From: Malacoraja senta
Taxonomy: Eukaryota
Direction: 5' to 3'
NCBI GenBank assembly: GCA_038087875.1
Contig: CM075994.1
Span: 6,264,001 to 6,328,000, forward strand
DNA: 64,000 nucleotides
Shown here: positions 26,025 through 36,998 of the stretch, piece by piece
Numbering within the stretch: the first letter of the stretch is position 1
How the letters are laid out: every line of letters begins with the position of its first letter
Position numbers and translations under genes: made by a program
Notes under the pieces: generated by a model
What the model was told of the DNA's origin: nothing
Seen by the model: the letters and a program-made list of their open reading frames with translations, nothing else
Databases searched by the model: none

Positions 26025-27173
26025 CTATTTTTCAACGATAGTTTGAGCATATTTAAACGCTTCTTCAGGCTTAACAAATGACTTTTCAAGACCCTTAAAG
26101 GAAATACGCATTTTCGCGGGATAAAAAATCCCAAATCTGATCCCTTCTCTCCCTCTTAAAAGATCTTTAACCTTCTCAAATTTGTTTCTTTTTTGCACAA
26201 TTTCATACGGGTAGTTCCTGAATATCTTAATAGTATCATTGTCCAGCCGCAGTTGCACACCGTATTTGATTTTACTCATAACATCTTCCAGTTCTAAAAT
26301 GTCCCGAAATTTCACAATAATATGTCGTGGATAAGTTTTTCCTGCACTAGATCTTTGTTTAAATCTTGGGACACGATGAGCCACTTCGATTTTCGGTTCT
26401 TTGGAAAGATTCAGCAGTTGTTTAAGCAAGCCCATGGCAGACTCACGTACATCCTCCCCTTCGGCTCCTTCTGAAACTCCAAGAATTCTCAAATTCTGGC
26501 GTCTAGAGCGAGCTTCCAGGTCCAGGCATTTGACTGAGACTTTCTCCAGTTGAGTCACCATCTGTAGTGAAGTTTGTTCGTTTTCTCGCCTCATTTGCTC
26601 ATGTTCTTGCCTCATTTTCGCCATGTCTTCAACCATTCGAGCCGTGTTTTTCTCCAATTCCGTAATTGTGCGCATACTTGCAGCTACTGTTTCAAGCACA
26701 GCCGTGAACTTATCCGTATTAGTTTCATCCATCTTGTCCATTCTCTCTGATAGTACATCTTTCACCTCATCAATTCGTTTATTCATAATGTCCAGTGAAT
26801 CAATCATATTCTTCTGGTTACCAGCATTTAATTCCCTCATCATCTTCTCCATTCCTTCCATCATTTTTGCCATATTTTCCTTCATTTCCTTCTTATCTTC
26901 CTTCATATTTTCCTTCATTTCCTTTTTATCTTCCTTCATATTTTCCTTCATATTTTCCATCATAATTTTATTTTCGTCCAAAATCTCATCTTTCATATTT
27001 TTCACTGATTTCTTCAAGTCATCAAACTCTTTCTTAGCTCTTGTATCCATTTTTGCAGCCACTTCAGAGACTTCAGAGACTTCAGAGGTAACTTCTGCTT
27101 CAGACTTCTTCTGGTCTTTCAGCAGCTTTTTCACTGCTCTCTGAGGGCTCACAGCTGGAGACAGTTTACTCAT
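26025..27173 (-). CDS. L1 ORF1p, 382 aa
   Basis: DLEARSRRQNLRILGVSEG, AHRV, PRHIIVKF, FYPAKM; repetitive coiled coil. Confidence 0.92.
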   Translation of the reverse strand: MSKLSPAVSPQRAVKKLLKDQKKSEAEVTSEVSEVSEVAAKMDTRAKKEFDDLKKSVKNMKDEILDENKIMMENMKENMKEDKKEMKENMKEDKKEMKENMAKMMEGMEKMMRELNAGNQKNMIDSLDIMNKRIDEVKDVLSERMDKMDETNTDKFTAVLETVAASMRTITELEKNTARMVEDMAKMRQEHEQMRRENEQTSLQMVTQLEKVSVKCLDLEARSRRQNLRILGVSEGAEGEDVRESAMGLLKQLLNLSKEPKIEVAHRVPRFKQRSSAGKTYPRHIIVKFRDILELEDVMSKIKYGVQLRLDNDTIKIFRNYPYEIVQKRNKFEKVKDLLRGREGIRFGIFYPAKMRISFKGLEKSFVKPEEAFKYAQTIVEK

Positions 27174-28539
27174 TTAAAGGGCTTCAAACCACCGTTTAAA
27201 ACATGTTTAGTGATGACGTCATCAGCGCAGCGCGGCGACCAGAAGCTCCGGTAAGGTTTTTAAAAACAATCCCGATTTTTGGACCCGTTTTACACGATAA
27301 ATCGTGAAATTTTTCGGGAAAGGAGCTAGGTGCACGTCTGTTAGTCCAACATGGCGCCACCGGAAGTCTGGTTTGGAAATGCTAAAGCTCTGTTGCCTAA
27401 TTAAAGTTTCCTTGCCTAATTAAAGTTGCCATGCCTTCTATATAATTAAAAGTCTAATCTTGACCACTTCCTGTTTGCGCTTTATATTGATTTTAGAAAA
27501 AACGTTACCTCGTACGGCAGTGATTTTTGGCCATCTTACTCAGAGTCTCCCTCCGCTCATCGGGTGTCGAGGATTTTTCCCATCGGTGAAAAATAAAAGA
27601 GTTACTAGTGTTTAAAAAAATGTTGAGATTCTCTCTCCTGTCAATCACGCCATGAAGGCCACGCCTCTTCTGGGGGGAGGGACTATAAAACCCACACGTG
27701 TGGGCATGGCTCAGTCTCTGCAAGATGCAGGAGGGAGCGGTCAGGACTTGCTGTCTCTAGTGGCTTGAAATGGTGTGAAACGGCACTTGAATTTGGTGGC
27801 CTAGCACCCTGCTTGAAATGGAATTTCAAGGAATAGCCGTGAGTCAACTGCCAGCCCACCAGCCGTGCGTGAGTGAGCGCCAGCACAACAGGTTTGAGTG
27901 ACTGAGCCGCCAGCCCAAGAATCCATTCGGCCCACAATGTCCATACTAGCCCTCTGGAAACCAGTCACTTCAGCCCACAGCAGCCATACTAGCGTTCCAG
28001 AAAGCACTCCCCCCCCCCCCACCCCCACTGGCCATTAATATTGGAATTGGTGGAGAGGTGGAATATTGCATTGGGGGACCAGCCCTCCCGTGTGATGCTG
28101 GGATCCAACGGGTCCAACTTAGTCTAGTAATTATATATGTTTCTATAAGATCCCCTCTTATCCTAAATTCCAGTGAATACTATCCCAGTCGACCCATTCT
28201 TTCATCATATGACAGTCCCGCCATGCCGTGAATTAACCTAGTGAACCTACGCTGCACTCCTCCAACAGCAAAAATGTCCTTCCTCAAATGAAGAGACCAG
28301 ACCTGCACACAATACTCCAGGTGTAGTCTCACCAGGGCCCTGTACAATTTCATTCTCAATCCCATTCTCTTGCTTTCTCCCCATAACCTCAGACACCTAT
28401 ACTAATCAAGAACCTACCAAACTCCACCTTTAAAATATCTATTGACAGCCTCTACAGCCTTCTGCAGATTCCACAGATTCACCACTCTCTGGCTCAATAA
28501 ATTCCTCTTCATCTCCTTTCTAAAGGTAGAATCCAGTTC

Positions 28540-29390
28540 GAGTGGGAGCGCTGTTGAGTATGGCTGCCCTGCCTGCAGCTGTTTGTTCTTTCACCCTTTT
28601 TTTATTTTTAGTGTGTTAAAAGTTCTGTCCCGGAGGTCTACTAGTCGTTTTATGTGGGTGTGGGGGGGGGGGGGGGGTGGGGGAGAGAAGGGGGAAACTG
28701 TTTTTCTCAGTCCCTAACTAGTCGGAGATGCGTCTTTCCTCCGAGCCACATCTTCGTCCCTTCCTCGCGGCCTACCAACTGGACTGGAGCGACGTTTCCT
28801 GCCGAGACAGGCCAGAACTTCAGCTTCGATGGCGGCGCAGCGCTGAAGCACTATCGCAGAGCGGGCGATGCCTTACCGAGGGTCGCCATGCGGTAATCTC
28901 CGGAGTGCTGGGACTGCCGACTCCAACATCGCGAAGCTGTGGTCGCGGAGCGTCCAGCTGCGGGCGGCGCTGACTTTAAACACCGCGGAGGCCTGGAATC
29001 TTCCACCGAGATCGCCAGTGTTGGAGCTCCGACCAGCGCGGCCTGTGGACTTCGGGAACCGCGGTCTCTGGTAGCAAGCTGCCATTTCGGAACTCCAAGC
29101 CGCTGAGAGTGTTCTTCCGGCGCCGGTGTTCCATCTTTCCAGCGAGAGGGCCTGAAACATCGGGCCTCAATAGACCCCAACCACGGGTGAACACAGAGGA
29201 AATGGACTGAACTTTGCTGCCTTCCCTCACAGTGGGAAACATTGTTTAATTATGTTTAATTTTGTTTTTATGTTTAATGTTTAACTCTATAATGTTGTGT
29301 TTATTTTATTGGTGTGCTGCAATGGCAACTCAAATTTCACTGCACCAATTGGTGTATATGACAATAAATGTCCTTTATGTCCTTTGTCCT
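28540..29390 (+). mobile_element. GC-rich non-coding retro-element, copy 1, with Rex1-type 3' tail, inserted in a minus-strand CR1
   Basis: Body similar to 45255-46030; ends …ttcactgcaccaattggtgtatatgacaataaa(tgtcctt)n. Confidence 0.6.
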
Positions 29391-30058
29391 TATGTCATTT
29401 TATTCTGAAGCTGTGCCACTAGTTTGAAGCTTGACTCTCCCACTAGTGGAAACATCCTCACCACATCCAATCTATCCAGGCCTTTCACTACTCTGTACGT
29501 TTCAATGATGCCCCACATAATTCTTCTGAACTCCAGCGAGTACAGGCCCAGTGCCGTCAAACACTCATCATAGGTTAACCCACTCATTCCTGGGATTATT
29601 CTTGTAACCTTCCCCTGGACCCTTTCCAGGTACCCAAAATTGCTCACAATACCCCAAATGCGGCCTGACCAGTGCCTTATAGAGCCTCAGCATTTCAGTC
29701 TGCTTCTCCATTCAATCAAGGCTGATCTATCTTTCTATCTCAACCCCATTATTCTGCCTTCTCCCTGTAACCATTGATGCCCTTACTAATCAAGAACCTA
29801 TCAATCTCTGCTTTAAAAATAACCAAAGACGCCCTGCAGATTTATCTGTGGCAATAGATTCCACCGACTCGCCACCCTCTGGCTAAATAAATTCCCCTTC
29901 ATCTAATTTCTAAAGATACATCCTTTTATTCTGAGGCTGTTCCCTCTGGTCCAAGGCTCTTCCACCAGTGCAAACATCCTCTCCACATCCACGATATCCA
30001 GGCATTTCACTATCGGGATCAATTAGATCCCCCTACATCGTTCTGAACTCCAGCGAGT
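29391..30058 (-). mobile_element. CR1 3' fragments
   Basis: LTALGLYSLEFRR…RMFPLVGES. Confidence 0.75.
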
Positions 30059-30580
30059 CAGCACCCTGGAAGTGAAACTGGGATCGTTGTTCATCTCCTT
30101 CGTGAAACATCTCTTGTCAGTGAGACAAAAATGAAGTGCAGACACTGCAATCTTGAACAACACACAAAGTGCTGATGGAATTCAGCGGGTCAGGCAGCAT
30201 CTGTGGATGGATGTTTCAAATTTGGACCATTCTTCAGTCTCATTGTAGTGGGGGGAAGGGGGGGGGAGCGAAAGGTGAAAAAGAGAGGTGGGGCAGGAAA
30301 AAGCCTGGAAAGTGATAGGTGGGTAAACACAAAATGCTGGAGTAACTCAACAGGACTGGCAGCATCTCTGGAGAAAAGGAATGGGTCTGAAATGAGTCTT
30401 GATCCGAAACATCACCCACTCTTTCTCTCCTGAGATGCTGCCTGCCCCACTGGGCTACTCCAGCATTTTGTGTCTATCTTCGGTTTAAACCAGCATCTGC
30501 AGTTTCTTCCTACACAAGTGATAGGTGGATACAGGTGAAGGTGATGGTTGTGTAGGAAGGAACTGCAGATGTGTAGGAAA

Positions 30581-30780
30581 NNNNNNNNNNNNNNNNNNNN
30601 NNNNNNNNNNNNNNNNNNNNNNNNNNNNNNNNNNNNNNNNNNNNNNNNNNNNNNNNNNNNNNNNNNNNNNNNNNNNNNNNNNNNNNNNNNNNNNNNNNNN
30701 NNNNNNNNNNNNNNNNNNNNNNNNNNNNNNNNNNNNNNNNNNNNNNNNNNNNNNNNNNNNNNNNNNNNNNNNNNNNNNNN
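30581..30780. other. Assembly gap (200 N)
   Basis: N run. Confidence 1.
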
Positions 30781-31255
30781 ATCGGGTCGATGCACATAGT
30801 CTGTAGCCCAGAGGTAGGGGAATCGAGGACCAGTGGGAGATAGATCTAAGGAGAAGGGGAAAATATTTAATAGAAATCTGAGGGCTAACTTTATAAGGGT
30901 GGTAGATGTTTGAAAAAAGCTGCCAGAGGTGGTAGTTGAGGCAGTGGTTACATCAACGTTTAAGAAACAGTTAGACAGGTAAATGGATTTGACAGGTTTG
31001 GAGGGATGTGGATCAAACGCGAGCAGATGGGACTAGTGTAGATGGGGCATGTTGGCCGGTGTGGACAAGTTGGGCCGAAGGGCCTGTTTCCACTTTTATC
31101 AATTCTCCCCTCAAACTCCGATGTTTCAGAAAATGTTCCAGAGAGGCTTCCATGTTGTATTACTCTACGACTCTAATTCAACTCGCACGGTGCGCTCGCA
31201 TCTGAAAAACCCGGGCAGTTACCAATCATCGAGTGAAGGGTCTCCAGTCACTTAC

Positions 31256-31371
31256 CGATCCGATTTTTAACCAGGTACAGGCAGGAAAACGCGACGATCC
31301 CGAACGCAAGTCCAAGCGCGGCGGCGATCAAAATGTCACTTCCAGAGAGCGAGGGGCTCCGCTGTCACCGT
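31256..31371 (-). pseudogene. Transmembrane-exon copy 1, frameshifted by a 7-nt deletion
   Basis: Acceptor tttctgacag|, donor G|gtaagtg; encodes …ILIAAALGLAFGIVAFSCLYLVKNRI; 116 bp vs 123 bp in copy 2. Confidence 0.6.
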
Positions 31372-32910
31372 CTGTCAGAAATAGTTGTTACAACACGAGT
31401 CGCCGGTAAACCTCTACATTTGGACTATTGACCGTTGGCCAGGGTTCATATGTGTGAAACATGCCCAGAGTATCGTGAGCGGGTGGGGGGGCCTACTGGA
31501 AAATTAACTTCGTGGCGTATCGGTAAAGTTGCTGCCTCACAGAGCCAGAACTAGTGTATGGGGTGATCGCTGGTCGGCGTAGACTCGACACCGGGAAAGG
31601 GTGCAATAGGAATTTGAAGGGTAACTTTTTCACACAAAGGGTGGTGGGTGTATGGAACAAGCTGCCGGAGGAGGTAGTTGAGGCTGGTACTATCGCAACG
31701 TTTAAGAAACATTTGGACAGGTACGTGATAGGATAGGTTTAAAGGGATATGGGCCAAACGCAGGCAGGTTGGACTAGTGTAGTGGGCAAGTTGGGCCGAA
31801 GGGCCTGTTTCCACGCTGTGTGACTATGACTCTTTGACAATCTCCTTTAAACTTTGCTCCTCTGAATGAAAAGCTGTGCCGTCTCGTCTTTGACATTTGC
31901 ACCCTGGAAAATGGTACTGACTGTCCACCCCCTCTATGCCTCTCATAATGTTGCATACTTCGATCAGGTCTGGTCGAATGTACAGCGATGGACGCGATTT
32001 AGTAGCGAGGAAGGTGGTTAAGGCCACGCTTTGTCTCACGAAACCCCAGCGAGAGCATGAAACCTGCACACCTGCATGAGACCAGCGTCAAAGAGTCAAA
32101 GATAGGTAATCTACCCACAGACAACACACGGGCTTAGTTTAATGCAAGTCGGTGACTTGGTCAGAGGTGAAATGCGTGTGAGAGCGGGCGATCTGCCGGC
32201 GGCCGCACCTCCCCATACTCCGCCAAGGCCAGTGTCAGACGGCATCGGCCTGAATGTGAGACATCTGTTGTTTCCTCCCCAAATTCACAGCAGCCGAGCA
32301 GGCGGCCATTTAGCCCACAGGGTCGCTGCTGGCCCGTGGGAAGATGGAATTAATTAGTCGCTCTATGCGCCCCCAGTCTCTGGGACGCGGGAGTTTCCCG
32401 AAGCGAGAAGATGATAATGAGAACACGAAGTGTTGGAGTATCTTAGCTGGTCAGGCAGCATCGCTGGAGTACATGGATAGATGAGGTGCAGCGGTAGTGT
32501 TGCTGCCTTCCAGCGTCAGAGACCCGGGTTCCTGTGTGGAGACTACGGATTCGGCCTGTGTGGAGTTTGTACGTTCTCTCTGTGAGTGACCGCGCGGATT
32601 TTCTCCGGGTTTTCCGGTTTCCTCCATCATCACAAAGACGCGCAGGTTTTGTCGGTTAATTTGCTTCTATAAATTTGTCCCTGGGGTGTAGGATAGTGAT
32701 AGTGTACGAGGTGATCGCTGGTAGGTGGGGACTCGGTGGGCTGAACAGTCTGTTTTTGCACTGTCTCTAATGTATGAAGTCTGAGTGACGGTTCGGGTCG
32801 GGACCCTTCTTCAGATCATAATGAGACAACCCGCAAAGGTGGACGCAGAAGATAGACACAAAATGCTGGAGTAACTCAGCGGGTCAGGCAGCATCTCTGG
32901 AAAAAAAGGA

Positions 32911-32948
32911 ATAGGTGAGCTTTCGGGTCGAGACCCTTCATCAGATTG
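32911..32948 (-). ncRNA. Hammerhead-like motif in Penelope terminal repeat (duplicate at ~38507-38546)
   Basis: Minus strand CTGATGA-AGGGTCTCGACCC-GAAA-GCTC. Confidence 0.5.
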
Positions 32949-34675
32949 AGAATCGGGGGAGAAGGACTGAGGTATGAGAAGGTACAGTACAAAGCAGTGC
33001 CGGCATAGATCACTCAGGAAAGGTGGAGCCCACAATGGTCCATTGTTGGCTGGGGACGGGGTGATAGCGATAACACGGTGAAATTAGCAAGAGAAGCAGA
33101 GTGGGTGAGGGACGTTGATAGAGGGAATGCAAGGGTTACGAACGCAGGTTGCATTCAAAAAAGAGGAATTGAGTCGGGTCGGGATGGGTTAGGACGGGAT
33201 TCTAATACCTGTTCACAAGGTCATAATGTCATGTGATAGAAACAGAATAAGGCCATTCGGCCCATCAGGTCTCCTCCGCCACTCAAATTATCCCGCCCTC
33301 CTAACACATTTATCATGCCATCTCCCCATAAACCCAGACACCCGTACTAGTCAAGAATTCCTGCCTTAAAAAATATCAATTGACTTGGCCTCCACAGCCT
33401 TTTATGGCAAAGTATTCCACAGATTCACCACCCTCTGATTAAAGAAATATCTCCTCATCTGGGTCTCTATTCCTTGGAGAGCAGGAAGATGAGGGGTGCT
33501 CTTATTGAGGTCTGTAAAATCATGAGAGGAACAGATCGGGTAGATGCACAGAATCTCTTGCCCAGAGTATGGGAATCGAGGACCAGATAACATAGGTTCA
33601 AGGTGAAGGGGAAAAGATTTAATAGGAATCTGAGGGGTAACTTTTTCACACAAAGGGTAGTCGGTATATGTAACAAGCTGCCAGAGGAGGTAGTTGAGGC
33701 TGGGACTATCCCAACGTTTAAGAAACCCCAATGTCAAACGTGCATTTGTTGGACAATTACTACTCGGAAAATTTGAGGGTTTTCTCATATTTTAAAAACA
33801 TGTGCAGGTTTTGTACTTGACGCCGATCAACATGCCCCATCTACACTAGTCCCACCTGCTTGCGTTTGGCCCATGTTCCTCTGAACCTATCTAATGTTTC
33901 TTAAACGTTGGAATTATACCTATCTCCTCTGGAAGCTCGTTCCATACACCTACCACACTTTACGTTAATAGTTGCACCCCAGGTTCGTATTAAATATCCC
34001 CGCCCCCCCACGAACGTCAACCTATATCTCACCTTCTCCAAAAATAAACAAAAAACTTCTTCCCACCATCCGTCATGGCACTTACAAGGTACATGGGAAG
34101 CATGTTCTACTGTCCAAACCCGATGCCAATTCAGGCTCACTATCCCTGGCAATAAACTGGGTTTATGTGGCGGGATTCTCTCTTGTTATTCTTGTCCAGT
34201 GGCCGAAAGATATACAATATAAATAATTTTGACTTCGTAGCATGGGTGTAAATTTTAATTTAAATGGGCCGTGCTCCTTTCCCCACCCACATCGCACCTC
34301 CAATTAGAGATAGAACACATAGAACTGTCTCTGTTAACCTTTTCCAGCGCAGCAGTTGAGTTGCAGCGGCAGAGACCTGGGTTCGATCCTGACCTCGGGT
34401 GCTGTCTGGAGTTTGAACGTTCTCCTCGTGACATGCGTGGGTTTTCTCCGAGATCTTCAATTTACTCCCACATACAGGTTTGTACGTGAATTGGTTTGGC
34501 ATAAGTGTAAATTGTCCCTAGTATGTTTAGGATAGTGTAAATGTGCGGGAATCGCTGGTTGGTGCGGATTCGGTGGGCCGAAGGGCCAGTTTCCGCGTTG
34601 TATCACTAAACTAATCTAAACTAAGCCGTTTATATTCGTGTTTTTTTTTTGTTAGACGTACATCATTCATTGATG

Positions 34676-36279
34676 GTACACAAAAATGCTGGAGAAACTC
34701 AGCGGGTGCAGCAGCATCTATGGAGCGAAGGAAATAGGTAACGTTTCGGGCCGAAACCCTTCTTCAGACTGATAGGGGGTGGGGAGAAGAAAGGAAAAAA
34801 GGAAAAAGGCGGAGGAGGAGCCTGAGGGCTGGGGGAGGGGAGGAGACAACCAGATGGCTGATGAAGGGGAGGGGACAGCAAGGGCTAGCAGAATTGGGAG
34901 AATTCAATGTTCAAGCCCCCAGGATGTAGACTGCCCAAGCGGAATGTGAGGTGCATTTCCTCCAATTTACGGTGTTGCTCGCTGTGGCCATGGAGGAGAC
35001 CCAGGACAGAGAGGTCAGATACGGAATGGGAGGGGGAGTTGAAGTGCTGAGCCACCGGGAGTTCAGGTTGGTTATTGCGGACCGACCGGAGGTGTTCGGC
35101 GAAACGATCGCCAAGCCGCCGCTTGGTCTCACCGATGTAGATCAGCTGGCATCTAGAGCAGTGAATGCAATAGATGAGGTTGGAGGAGATGCAGGTGAAC
35201 CTCTGTCGCACCTGGAACGACTGCTTGGGTCCTTGAATGGAGTAGAGGGGGGAGGTGAAGGGACAAGTATTGCATCTCTTGCGGTTGCAAGGGAAAGTAC
35301 CAGGGGAGGGGGTGGTATGGGAGGGAAGGGAAGAATTGACAAGGGAGTTACGGAGGGAGCGGTCTTTGCAGAAGGCAGACATGGGGGGGGATGGGAAGAT
35401 GTGGCGAGTGGTGGGGTCACGTTGGAGGTGGCGAAACTGACGGAGGATCACTTGTTGTATGTGACGGCTGGTGGGGTGAAAGGTGAGGACTAGGGGGACT
35501 CTGCCCTTGTTGTGAGTGGGGGGATGGGGAGAGAGAGCAGTGTTGCGGGGTATGGCAGAGACCCTGGTGCGAGCCTCATCTATGGTGGAGGAGGGGAACC
35601 CCCGTTCCCTGAAGAATGAGGACATTTCAGATGCCCTGGTGTGGAACGCATCCTGGGAGCAGATGCGGCGTAGACGGAGGAATTGGGAGTGGGGGATGGA
35701 GTCCTTACAGGAAGCAGGGTGGGAAGAAGTGTAGTCCAGATAGGCATGGGAGTCGGTAGGTTTGTAGTGGATGTCGGTAAGGAGTCTATCACCTGCGATG
35801 GAGATTGTGAGGTCAAGGAATGGTAGGGAAGTGTCGGAAATGGTCCAGGTGGATTTGAGTGCCGGATGGAAGTTGGTGGTGAAGCGGATGAAGTCAGTCA
35901 GTTGTGTGTGGGTGCAGGATGTGGCACCAAAACAATCATTGATGTAGCGGAGGTAGAGGTCGGGGATGGGGCCCTGGTCCGCATTGAACAAGGATTGTTC
36001 TACGTACCCGACAAAGAGGCAGGCGTAGCTGGGGCCCATGCGTGTGCCCATAGCTACGCCTTGTATTTGGAGGAAATGGGAGGAGTCAAATTAAAAGTTA
36101 TTAAGTGTAAGGACCAGCTCCGCTAGGCGGAGGAGGGTGTCAGTGGCCGGGTATAGATTGCTTCTACGGTCGAGGAAAAAACGGAGGGCTTCGAGACCAT
36201 CCTGGTGGGGGATGGAGGTGTACAATGACTGGACGTGCATGGTGAAGATGAGGGGGTGAGGGCCTAGAGAGTGGAATGC
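34676..36279 (-). mobile_element. 5'-truncated Penelope-like element; open 388-aa RT C-terminus + GIY-YIG (34885-36051)
   Basis: MGTRMGPSYA, LRYIND, YIGETKRRLGDRFAEH, GLN; GATG at both ends (34672-75, 36280-83); empty site in duplicate at 38886-89; hammerhead motif at ~34736-34772. Confidence 0.93.
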
Positions 36280-36875
36280 GATGTTGGCGAATATCGTGAC
36301 AGGTATTAACACACTACTGGTTATTGGAATTCAAAGATTTGTTTTTAATGTTTATTTTTATTAGAAGCAATTGTACAAGAATAAAGCAATCGGCATAACA
36401 ATTATACAATTTTCGTACAGCTTCATTTTTAACATTTTATAAACTGATAAATGAATCGGAAAAAAAAGTAAAAAGGAAAGAATGAAGAAAAAGAAAGATA
36501 CAAAACAGAGAGAGGAAAAGACTGCCAAAAAGTGAGAGAAAAAATAAAAAGAAAAAGAAAAAAACGGAGATATGTCCCACTATCCTACCCTCCGCCCCCC
36601 CCCCCCCAACTCACCTATCCCAAGCATCGGTTTTAAATTTGTGTTCAACCATTCTTGTGTAGATGGGGCATGTTGGCCGGTGTGGACAAGTTGGGCCGAA
36701 GGGCCTATTTCCACTTTTATCAATTCTCCCCTCAAGCTCCGATGTTTTAGAAAATGTTCTAGAGAGACTTCCATGTTGTATTACTCTACGACTCTAATTC
36801 AACTCGCACGGTGCGCTCGCATCTGAAAAACCCGGTCAGTTACCAATCATCGAGTAAAGGCTCTCAGTCACTCTC

Positions 36876-36998
36876 CGATCTGATTTTTAACCAGGTACAG
36901 GCAGGACAACGCGGCGATCCCGAACGCAAGTCCAAACCCGGCGGTGATCAAACTGTCACTTCGAGAGAGCGAGGGGCAATTCGCTCCCCTGTCACCGT
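36876..36998 (-). pseudogene. Transmembrane-exon copy 2, in frame but with donor GT>GA
   Basis: 123 bp, phase 1-1: (D)GDRGANCPSLSRSDSLITAGFGLAFGIAALSCLYLVKNQI|gagagtg. Confidence 0.6.

Larger units (their letters stand above)
21012..27368 (-). mobile_element. Full-length L1 LINE (copy B), nearly intact
   Basis: Perfect 15-bp TSD TGGTTTGGAAATGCT at 20997-21011 and 27369-27383; 5' end GACTTCCGGTGGCGCCATG. Confidence 0.96.
20560..28127 (+). mobile_element. Non-autonomous Helitron (~1.2 kb net) containing L1 copy B
   Basis: A|TC start (TCTATATTACT); 3' hairpin GGATCC-AAC-GGGTCC then CTAG|T; no TSD; second 5'-like module TCTATATAATTAAA at 27437. Confidence 0.8.
13912..28347 (-). mobile_element. 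CR1 3' fragment (~400 bp) split into 13912-14001, 20469-20559 and 28128-28347 by nested insertions
   Basis: The pieces rejoin into contiguous CR1 sequence once the L1 and the Helitron are removed; compare the CR1 at 53046-53400. Confidence 0.8.

Noticed and set aside
26623..27144. 173-aa hydrophobic ORF antisense to L1 ORF1
   Set aside because: Shadow of the repetitive K/E/M coiled-coil codons
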